Positions 1 to 6,060 of a stretch of DNA of 8,121 bases are shown here, piece by piece. The position numbers were made by a program, and so were the translations under genes. Numbering within the stretch: position 1 is the first letter of the stretch; each line of letters opens with the position of its first letter. The notes beneath the pieces are model-generated. The model made no database searches. It worked only from the letters and a program-made list of their open reading frames with translations, and had not been told where the DNA came from. The stretch comes from PVC group bacterium (lineage in GTDB: Bacteria; GCA-001730085; JADFSZ01), in assembly GCA_022560555.1 (NCBI GenBank), contig JADFSZ010000078.1, positions 1 to 8,121 of the forward strand, written 5' to 3'.

Positions 1-1
1 C

Positions 2-238
2 TGGAATGAATATGAAAAAGTGAAAATACCTGTCCAAAAAGCCTATCGCAATAGAGATTACTATGATGCACTCGGAGCTCTGGTATTACTGAGGCCTGTT
101 GTTGATGATTTTTTTGATGAAGTCCTCGTCATGTCCCCCAATAAAGTATTGAAAAAAAACCGGCTTGCCCTTCTTGAGAAAATCAGCCGTACTTTCGTGG
201 AAATGATTGATTTTCGCCAAATTGAGCTGGAGGCGTAA
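2..238 (+). CDS. glyS: glycine--tRNA ligase beta subunit, C-terminal fragment (5' end lies outside the window)
   Basis: The frame is open from base 2 (WNEYEKV...) with no stop before TAA at 236-238, so the GTG at 20 in the ORF track is an internal Val. The tail ...LRPVVDDFFDEVLVMSPNKVLKKNRLALLEKISRTFVEMIDF matches the conserved GlyS C-terminus (E. coli ...LRPAVDAFFDNVMVM..D..LR.NRLTMLEKLRELF...). Confidence 0.8.
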   Translation, partial: WNEYEKVKIPVQKAYRNRDYYDALGALVLLRPVVDDFFDEVLVMSPNKVLKKNRLALLEKISRTFVEMIDFRQIELEA

Positions 239-293
239 TTTAATCTGCTTATAATTAACGACTTACGTATGTAAATGAGCCTGCGAAAAGTAC

Positions 294-322
294 TTGAAAA
301 CCCTATATAATATTGCTATCAT
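294..322 (+). promoter_or_regulatory. candidate sigma-70-type promoter upstream of ppdK
   Basis: TTGAAA (294-299), a 17-nt spacer, then TATCAT (317-322) in the 186-bp glyS-ppdK spacer. This would give a roughly 95-nt leader before ATG 425. It is a motif match only. Confidence 0.35.
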
Positions 323-424
323 AAGCAACTCGTGAGGTCTGAGGTCTTCAGCGAACGATCCTCCCAACGTATTTATTATCAAGAATTTAGACGAAATGTG
401 CTCTTATTAACGAAAGGAACCAGA

Positions 425-3211
425 ATGGCTGCAAAGAGGAAAACCCGAAAAAAAACATCCGTCCGAAAAAGCATTAAAATCCCCGCACGCTTAAAAAAAT
501 CCCGGAAAGAAAAATATGTTTACTTCTTTGGTAGGGGTAAAGGTGAAGGAAAATCCAAAATGAAGCAGCTTCTTGGCGGCAAAGGGGCTAATCTTGCTGA
601 AATGACAAATCTTGGCATTCCCGTTCCGCCCGGCTTTACGGTTGCAACGAATGTGTGCGCTCTCTACTACAAGAACAATAAACGTTATCCGTCTTTCGTT
701 CAAACTGAAATCGATCACAATCTCTCGAAATTGGAAAAGGCATCAGGAAAAAAGTTTGGCGATCCGAAAAACCCTCTCCTTATTTCCGTCAGAAGCGGCG
801 CTGCCGTATCCCTGCCCGGTATGATGGATACGGTTCTTAATCTCGGCCTCAATCAAGAAGTGGTGGAAGGTCTTTCTCAAAAAATGAACAATCCTCGATT
901 CGCCTGGGATTCTTATCGACGGTTTATTCAAATGTTCGCGAATGTTGTGTTGGATATTAATCCCCATGACTTTGAAGAAATATTACAGAACATCAAACAA
1001 TTAAAAGGTGTTGTGAACGATACCGATCTCGATGTCGAAGCCCTACAACTTGTTGTCAAAGATTATAAATCACTTGTTCTGAAAGAGACCGGGAAAGATT
1101 TTCCGGATCAGCCCAAAGATCAGCTTGCCCAGTCCATTAACGCGGTGTTTTCATCGTGGAACAATGACAGAGCTGTTTATTATCGAAAAATGCATGATAT
1201 CAAAGGTCTCATCGGGACGGCCGTGAACGTTCAAGCCATGGTTTATGGAAATATGAATGATAATTCGGCCACGGGTGTATGTTTTTCTAGAAATCCCGCG
1301 ACCGGTGCCAATAAATTTTATGGTGAATTTTTGATCAACGCTCAAGGAGAGGATGTTGTGGCCGGTGTTCGTACTCCGCAAGAGATCTCATTGGAAGGAT
1401 CCAAAGAATGGGCGAAAAATAATAATATTGATGAATCCGATCGGAAGAAAAACTTTCCCTCTTTAGAAGAGGTCATGCCGAAGGTGTATAAACAGCTTGT
1501 TCAGATCAAAAATCGATTAGAGAAACATTATCGTGAAATGCAGGATATGGAATTCACAATCGAAGAAGGGATACTGTATTTCTTGCAGACACGTACCGGA
1601 AAGAGGACGGCTGCCTCTGCCGTTAATATCGCGGTGGACATGGTCAAAGAAAAATTGATCACGAAAACAGAAGCTGTTTTGCGTATTGAGCCGAGTCAGC
1701 TCGATCAGTTACTGCATCCGACATTTGATCCGGGACAAGAAAAGAAAGTGATCGCAAAGGGACTCAATGCCTCTCCCGGAGCCGCTGTCGGAAAAGTTGT
1801 GTTTAGCGCTGATGAAGCTGTCAGTCAATCAGCCGACCATGATGTTATTCTCGTCCGGATTGAAACCAGTCCCGAGGATATTCAGGGGATGGACAAGGCC
1901 AAAGGGATTTTGACGGCGCGCGGAGGCGCTACCAGCCATGCGGCTGTTGTTGCGCGGGGTATGGGAAAGTGTTGTGTGGCCGGTTGCAGTGCAATTACTA
2001 TCGATTATAAAAACGCTTACTTTATAACAAAAGATGGTGTGAAGGTTAATCAAGGCGATGATATTTCGTTAGACGGATCCACCGGAGAAGTTATGCTCGG
2101 CTCCATTCAAACGGTTGAACCTTCTTTGAGCGGCAAGTTTTCTCAGTTGATGAAGTGGGCCGATCAAATGCGAAAGTTGAAAGTGCGAACCAATGCGGAT
2201 ACGCCTCATGATACCGAGGTCGCGCGTAAATTCGGAGCGGAAGGGATCGGTTTATGCCGGACGGAACATATGTTTTTTGAAGGAGATCGTATTATTGCCA
2301 TGCGCGAAATGATTCTCGCGGAGACGAAAGAAAAGAGAATTCTCGCGCTCAATAAACTGTTGCCGATGCAGAGAGACGATTTTAAAGGGATTTTTAAGGC
2401 GATGCAGGGCTTTCCTGTTACGATTAGGCTTTTGGATCCTCCTTTACATGAGTTTGTTCCGCATGACGATAAAGGACAACAAGCCGTAGCCGAGGCTCTG
2501 GGAATTCCCGTGAGCAAGGTCAACATGATTGTGAATTCCCTTCATGAATTTAATCCGATGCTGGGTCACCGGGGATGCCGTTTGGGGATTACGTATCCGG
2601 AAATTTATGATATGCAGGTCCGGGCCATTATGGAAGCCGCGTGTGAAATGAAGAAACAAAAGATCCGTATTTTTCCTGAAATCATGATCCCGCTCATTGG
2701 AACAGTAAAGGAATTGACGATTCTCAAGAAAAACGCGATCAATATCATCCATCAAGTTTTTAAGGAAAAAAAGACTAAAGTCAATTATTTGATTGGGACG
2801 ATGATCGAAGTTCCTCGCGCGGCTATTACGGCTGATAAAATCGCGGCTGAAGCGGACTTTTTCTCTTTCGGAACGAATGATTTGACGCAAATGGGCTGCG
2901 GTTTTTCCCGGGATGATTCCGGGAGTTTTCTGGGCGAGTATGTCGAACAGGGAATCTTTGAAAAAGACCCTTTTGTTACCTTGGATATAGAGGGGATCGG
3001 CCAACTGGTTTCTATGGGTGTGACAAAAGGCCGCAGTGTCCGTAAGGATTTAAAAATCGGAATTTGCGGCGAACACGGTGGAGATCCTGATTCGATTACT
3101 TTCTGTCATCGCATTGGGATGGATTATGTCAGCTGTTCTCCTTACCGTGTTCCCATCGCGCGTCTTGCGGCAGCACAAGCAGCCATTAATAACAGTTCAA
3201 AAAAACCATAG
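425..3211 (+). CDS. ppdK: pyruvate, phosphate dikinase
   Basis: Hallmark motifs are present: LLGGKGANLAEM (ATP-grasp N-terminus), the phospho-histidine loop TARGGATSHAAVVARGMGK, and GTNDLTQ and ICGEHGGDP in the PEP/pyruvate domain. I place the start at ATG 425, preceded by AAGGA (414-418) with a 6-nt spacer. GTG 332 from the ORF track has no RBS and adds non-conserved residues. Confidence 0.95.
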   Translation: MAAKRKTRKKTSVRKSIKIPARLKKSRKEKYVYFFGRGKGEGKSKMKQLLGGKGANLAEMTNLGIPVPPGFTVATNVCALYYKNNKRYPSFVQTEIDHNLSKLEKASGKKFGDPKNPLLISVRSGAAVSLPGMMDTVLNLGLNQEVVEGLSQKMNNPRFAWDSYRRFIQMFANVVLDINPHDFEEILQNIKQLKGVVNDTDLDVEALQLVVKDYKSLVLKETGKDFPDQPKDQLAQSINAVFSSWNNDRAVYYRKMHDIKGLIGTAVNVQAMVYGNMNDNSATGVCFSRNPATGANKFYGEFLINAQGEDVVAGVRTPQEISLEGSKEWAKNNNIDESDRKKNFPSLEEVMPKVYKQLVQIKNRLEKHYREMQDMEFTIEEGILYFLQTRTGKRTAASAVNIAVDMVKEKLITKTEAVLRIEPSQLDQLLHPTFDPGQEKKVIAKGLNASPGAAVGKVVFSADEAVSQSADHDVILVRIETSPEDIQGMDKAKGILTARGGATSHAAVVARGMGKCCVAGCSAITIDYKNAYFITKDGVKVNQGDDISLDGSTGEVMLGSIQTVEPSLSGKFSQLMKWADQMRKLKVRTNADTPHDTEVARKFGAEGIGLCRTEHMFFEGDRIIAMREMILAETKEKRILALNKLLPMQRDDFKGIFKAMQGFPVTIRLLDPPLHEFVPHDDKGQQAVAEALGIPVSKVNMIVNSLHEFNPMLGHRGCRLGITYPEIYDMQVRAIMEAACEMKKQKIRIFPEIMIPLIGTVKELTILKKNAINIIHQVFKEKKTKVNYLIGTMIEVPRAAITADKIAAEADFFSFGTNDLTQMGCGFSRDDSGSFLGEYVEQGIFEKDPFVTLDIEGIGQLVSMGVTKGRSVRKDLKIGICGEHGGDPDSITFCHRIGMDYVSCSPYRVPIARLAAAQAAINNSSKKP

Positions 3212-3220
3212 GGGAGATGG

Positions 3221-4057
3221 ATGGCAGATCGAGAAAGTTTTGATCTTTATCTGAAGGACATCAACCGTATTCCTATCTTAAGTCATGAGGAAGAGATTCA
3301 GCTGGCCAAGCTTACGAAAAAGGGAAACAAGCAAGCTAAAAACAAGATGATTTTAGCGAATCTACGCTTGGTTGTAAAGATGGTCAAGCGCTACAATTAT
3401 CCCGGATTATCCTATATGGATCTTATTGAAGAGGGTAATTTGGGACTCATGAAAGCTGTTGAAAAATTTGATTATAAACGCGAATGCCGGTTTAGCACCT
3501 ATGCGGCTTGGTGGATCCGACAGCACGTGATACGCGCGATCATGAATCAAGGTAAAATGATCCGCGTTCCCGTTTATATGTCTGAGATGGTTTCAAAGTA
3601 TCGAAAAGCGCATGAACGGCTCATGCATAAATTCGGACATGAACCGCGTCGTGCCGACCTAGCCGATGCATTAGATGTTTCACTTGATAAGATTAGGAAT
3701 ATCGAGGAAATTATGATGAATCCGTCGAGCCTTGATGATCCCTTAGATATTGAGGGTGGATCCGGGATTTTGGCGGATTTAATCGCCGACGAAGATAATT
3801 CTTCGCCGGATGATATTCGTCTGGTCTTAGAGCAGGAACATATTGGGCAGCTTTTAACATGCCTTAAGGATCGGGAGCGCAAGCTTATTGAATTGCGTTA
3901 CGGACTTAATGACGGGATTCCTTGGACCTTAAGAGAGATTGGGGCTAAATTCGGGATGACCCGGGAACGAATCAGGCAAATTGAAAAAATTTGCATGAAG
4001 AAAATCCGGCAGTATGTGACTGTTTGCGAAGAAGTTAAACCAGGTTTACAGCGGTAA
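3221..4057 (+). CDS. RNA polymerase sigma factor, sigma-70 family (RpoD/RpoS-like regions 1.2-4.2, no region 1.1)
   Basis: Region 2 is LRLVVKMVKRY...DLIEEGNLGLMKAVEKFDYKRECRFSTYAAWWIRQHVIRAI. Region 3 is IRVPVYMSEMVSK. The region 4.2 helix-turn-helix is TLREIGAKFGMTRERIRQIEKICMKKIR. No RpoH box or FliA-type region 2.4 is present. GGGGAG (3211-3216) lies 4 nt before the ATG, and the gap after the ppdK stop is only 9 nt. Confidence 0.9.
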   Translation: MADRESFDLYLKDINRIPILSHEEEIQLAKLTKKGNKQAKNKMILANLRLVVKMVKRYNYPGLSYMDLIEEGNLGLMKAVEKFDYKRECRFSTYAAWWIRQHVIRAIMNQGKMIRVPVYMSEMVSKYRKAHERLMHKFGHEPRRADLADALDVSLDKIRNIEEIMMNPSSLDDPLDIEGGSGILADLIADEDNSSPDDIRLVLEQEHIGQLLTCLKDRERKLIELRYGLNDGIPWTLREIGAKFGMTRERIRQIEKICMKKIRQYVTVCEEVKPGLQR

Positions 4058-4073
4058 ATAATCAGGAGTGTTT

Positions 4074-4598
4074 ATGAATGTTGAAGAACTCAAGTCCGTC
4101 ATCAGGGATGTTCCGGATTTTCCTAAACAGGGAATTGTTTTTAAGGATATCACAACTCTTTTAAAATCACCGGTTCATTTTTGTCAATGTGTGGATTATC
4201 TGACAAGTCACTTTCAAAATTTTGATTTCGATTTTGTGTTAGGGCCGGAGGCCCGTGGTTTTGTATTTGGCGCTCCCGTTTCCTATAAGCTTGAAAAGGG
4301 GTATATTTTGGTTCGAAAGGCGGGCAAACTTCCCGCGAAGACAAGAAAAGTAACGTACAGTCTGGAGTACGGCGAAGATTCATTATTTGTTCATGAAGAC
4401 GCGATCACGAAGGGAACACGTGTTGTGATTATCGATGATCTTTTAGCGACAGGAGGGACCGTGAGCGCCATGACTCAACTTGTTGAAGACATGGGGGGCA
4501 TTATCGCGGGGATTGGATTTGTCGTTGAACTTAAATTTCTTGAGGGGAGAAAAAAGCTGAAAGGTTACGACATTTACTCATTGATTCAATACGATTGA
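4074..4598 (+). CDS. apt: adenine phosphoribosyltransferase
   Basis: Motifs IRDVPDFPKQGIVFKDITTLL and GPEARGFVFGAP are present, along with the PRPP-binding loop VVIIDDLLATGGT. I prefer ATG 4074 (AGGAG at 4064-4068, 5-nt spacer) over the track's GTG 4068, which overlaps the SD. Confidence 0.93.
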   Translation: MNVEELKSVIRDVPDFPKQGIVFKDITTLLKSPVHFCQCVDYLTSHFQNFDFDFVLGPEARGFVFGAPVSYKLEKGYILVRKAGKLPAKTRKVTYSLEYGEDSLFVHEDAITKGTRVVIIDDLLATGGTVSAMTQLVEDMGGIIAGIGFVVELKFLEGRKKLKGYDIYSLIQYD

Positions 4599-4672
4599 GG
4601 GCCCGTAGCTCATCAGGACAGAGCAATGGTTTCCTAAACCATGTGCAGGAGGTTCGAGTCCTCTCGGGCCCA
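4599..4672 (+). tRNA. tRNA-Arg (anticodon CCT)
   Basis: Hand-folded 74-nt cloverleaf. Acceptor stem GGGCCCG/CGGGCCC. D stem GCTC/GAGC with a 9-nt loop. Anticodon stem ATGGT/ACCAT with loop TTCCTAA, giving anticodon CCT. Variable loop is 5 nt (GTGCA). T stem GGAGG/CCTCT (one G-U pair) with loop TTCGAGT. Discriminator is A. No CCA is encoded; a T7 run follows. Confidence 0.92.
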
Positions 4673-4679
4673 TTTTTTT
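4651..4679 (+). terminator. possible intrinsic terminator formed by the tRNA 3' helices plus a T7 run
   Basis: The GC-rich T-arm and acceptor 3' strand (GGAGGTTCGAGTCCTCTCGGGCCCA) are followed directly by TTTTTTT (4673-4679). This is the only hairpin-plus-T-run arrangement I found among the + strand genes. Function is not demonstrated. Confidence 0.25.
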
Positions 4680-4690
4680 AATTTTGAGAG

Positions 4691-4837
4691 GACGAGAACC
4701 GACCAGAGGTGAGAGTCGGAACGGGTTTACCCTGGGTCTGGAACCCGATAAGGCCAATTTTTGCAGGAGCTGTGCTCATGGTAAAATTGGCCTTATTGGG
4801 TTCACGGTTCTGGTCTAAAGGTTTTCGGAGAAAACCT
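4691..4837. other. extended hairpin / branched inverted-repeat element (candidate structured RNA or palindromic repeat), family unknown
   Basis: The inner helix pairs 4741-4761 with 4783-4803: 21 bp, 20 Watson-Crick plus one G-T, enclosing a 21-nt loop. The outer helix pairs 4691-4701 with 4805-4815 (10 of 11 pairs). A 39-nt insert lies on the 5' side only (4702-4740). A separate 8-bp hairpin follows at 4819-4826/4830-4837 with a GGA loop. All pairings were counted by hand. Confidence 0.5.
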
Positions 4838-4939
4838 AAGATAAAGAAAAAGAGAAATTTGGGAGCAAAGATTAATTTTTTTATTTTCAAAATAAATGAT
4901 TTTATAAAGTCTGTTAGCCGCAATATATCAAAAGGATAG
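4778..4939 (+). CDS. hypothetical small basic protein (53 aa); speculative
   Basis: ATG 4778 is preceded by AGGAG (4765-4769) with an 8-nt spacer. The product is MVKLALLGSRFWSKGFRRKPKIKKKRNLGAKINFFIFKINDFIKSVSRNISKG. The TAG stop (4937-4939) lies 4 nt before the next gene's ATG. There is no recognisable family, the region is AT-rich, and an equally long antisense ORF overlaps it. Confidence 0.2.
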   Translation: MVKLALLGSRFWSKGFRRKPKIKKKRNLGAKINFFIFKINDFIKSVSRNISKG

Positions 4940-4943
4940 TGAA

Positions 4944-5615
4944 ATGCCTAAGCATATTGACCGAAAGGGATTGAAAGAAGACGCGTTTGTCGACTCGATT
5001 CTGGGTTTGGTAAATTGGATTAAATCGCACCGTGTTGAATGTCTGAGATTCAGCGTGCTGTCTATTGTCATACTCGTTTGCGCGGTAGGATGGATAAAAC
5101 ATACGAAAGGGAAAAAGCTGACTGTCTCAAATAATCTTTTTCAAATTATGAGCCTTTACCAGGCCCCTAATGTCGAAGCGCATGAAAGGGCCCTGGAGAT
5201 ATGTCAAAACACAATTGCAGAATATGCTGATGATAAGAGCATTGACGGCATTATGTTCTACGAAGGGAACCTTCTTTATCGATTAGATCGATTCGAAGAA
5301 TCCATGAACGTTTTTCAGCTGTTTTTGGAAAAATATCCGCAACATGAATTTTATGAAATTATCGAGAGCAATCTGGCAAAAGCGTACGAAGAACTTAAAG
5401 AATATGAAAAATCAGAAAAAGTTCTTGAAGGAATCCTTCAAAAAACGAAAGATGAATATATCGAACCAAACGTTTTGCTTGATTTAGCCCGTATTCAAGG
5501 TTTATTAGGAAATTATGAAAAAGCCCGTAAAACGTACGATTCAATTTCTCGTGACTATGCGGGGACTGAGTATGCTGATATCGCAAAGAGTCATAAGGAT
5601 TTTCTTGAATTGTAA
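4944..5615 (+). CDS. membrane-anchored tetratricopeptide-repeat protein (YfgM-like architecture)
   Basis: RBS AAAGGA (4931-4936) lies 7 nt before the ATG. The protein has a short N-terminal segment and one hydrophobic span (FSVLSIVILVCAVGWI). Helical repeats of TPR character follow (...GNLLYRLDRFEESMNVFQLFLEKYPQHEF..., ...LDLARIQGLLGNYEKARKTYDSI...). The architecture resembles E. coli YfgM. Specific function is unknown. Confidence 0.8.
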   Translation: MPKHIDRKGLKEDAFVDSILGLVNWIKSHRVECLRFSVLSIVILVCAVGWIKHTKGKKLTVSNNLFQIMSLYQAPNVEAHERALEICQNTIAEYADDKSIDGIMFYEGNLLYRLDRFEESMNVFQLFLEKYPQHEFYEIIESNLAKAYEELKEYEKSEKVLEGILQKTKDEYIEPNVLLDLARIQGLLGNYEKARKTYDSISRDYAGTEYADIAKSHKDFLEL

Positions 5616-5644
5616 TATCCGGAAGCCGCGAAACAGAAACTATC

Positions 5645-6016
5645 ATGGTTGAAATTAAAATCAGAGTGTATAACACCCGAGGGGAAGCCAGCCGTTTTAT
5701 TTATGTGGTTGATATCATCGGTATACTCGATACAAATTCTTTCCCCGAGTTTGAGGAGAAATTAACCGGCATCTTAGACGGGAGCGGCTACAATATTGTG
5801 CTGAATTGCCGCCATTTGGAATTTATTAGCAGCACATGTCTGGGATTGCTGCTGAAAGTTGTCCATTCCGCTCGACAAAAGGGAGGAGATTTATGTCTCC
5901 TGAATCCATCTGCTTCAATCCAAAAAGTTATCAAGATTTTAGGGTTTTCGAAATTTTTTCGTGTCTTTCAGGATGAAGAAAAAGTCGTGTTATATTTTAA
6001 CAAAAAAAATAAGTAG
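5645..6016 (+). CDS. STAS-domain protein (SpoIIAA/RsbV-like anti-sigma-factor antagonist family)
   Basis: The 123-aa product has the pattern ...LNCRHLEFISSTCLGLLLKVVHSARQKGGDLCLLNPSASIQKVIKILGFSKFFRVF. FISSTCLG aligns with the FMDSSGLG phosphorylatable-serine loop of SpoIIAA. The C-terminal ...V...L...G....F.IF segment is typical of STAS domains. Confidence 0.85.
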   Translation: MVEIKIRVYNTRGEASRFIYVVDIIGILDTNSFPEFEEKLTGILDGSGYNIVLNCRHLEFISSTCLGLLLKVVHSARQKGGDLCLLNPSASIQKVIKILGFSKFFRVFQDEEKVVLYFNKKNK

Positions 6017-6060
6017 ATATTTTTCTGAGCCGTGGTTCTCCATTTAAGGTATATTGCAAG

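Noticed and set aside
333-353. Tandem 7-mer TGAGGTC TGAGGTC and a small CTGAGGTCTTCAG palindrome in the ppdK leader.
   Set aside because: It is only two copies of 7 nt and a 4-5 bp stem, which is within chance expectation. There is no flanking conservation evidence.
332-424. GTG 332 as the ppdK start, as given in the ORF track (959 aa).
   Set aside because: There is no RBS before 332 and the added 31 residues (VRSEVFSERSSQRIYYQEFRRNVLLLTKGTR) have no PPDK counterpart. ATG 425 has a well-spaced AAGGA. The region is more likely a 5' leader.
491-3004. Antisense and off-frame ORFs inside ppdK: 491-718(-), 612-824(+), 743-967(-), 1151-1381(-), 1829-2053(-), 2206-2526(-) and 2444-3004(-, 186 aa).
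   Set aside because: All lie entirely within a strongly supported, motif-rich PPDK frame. Their translations are low-complexity or Ser/Arg/Ile-rich shadow products with no recognisable domains or RBS.
3574-4383. Antisense ORFs 3574-3882(-) inside the sigma gene and 4150-4383(-) inside apt.
   Set aside because: These are shadow ORFs opposite well-supported genes, with no motifs.
4691-4837. Identifying the structured element as SRP RNA, 6S RNA, tmRNA, RNase P RNA or a retron msr/msd.
   Set aside because: There is a superficial GTTTACC...GGTC...AAGG resemblance to 4.5S RNA, but the conserved GGAA tetraloop and GAAGCAGCC helix-8 core is absent. No tRNA-like 3' end or tag ORF is present for tmRNA, and no P4 motif for RNase P. 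No reverse transcriptase gene is nearby for a retron. A 6S assignment cannot be made from structure this perfect and this short without a covariance-model search.
4678-4939. ORF-track entries 4678-4923(-, 81 aa, TTG start) and the full 4709-4939(+, GTG start, 76 aa).
   Set aside because: They mirror each other across a palindromic, AT-rich spacer, where long open frames on both strands are expected. Neither start has an RBS. Only the internal ATG 4778 version is kept, and that at low confidence.
4599-4943. Integrated mobile element or genomic island at the tRNA-Arg 3' end.
   Set aside because: There is no integrase, no direct repeat of the tRNA 3' segment downstream within the window, and the flanking genes look like core genes.
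4803-6057. Similarity between CACGGTTCTGGTCTAAAGG (4803-4821) and CCGTGGTTCTCCATTTAAGG (about 6038-6057, upstream of the M48 gene) as a shared regulatory motif.
   Set aside because: Only GGTTCT and TAAGG-like cores match, with indels between them. Two occurrences are insufficient to distinguish this from chance.
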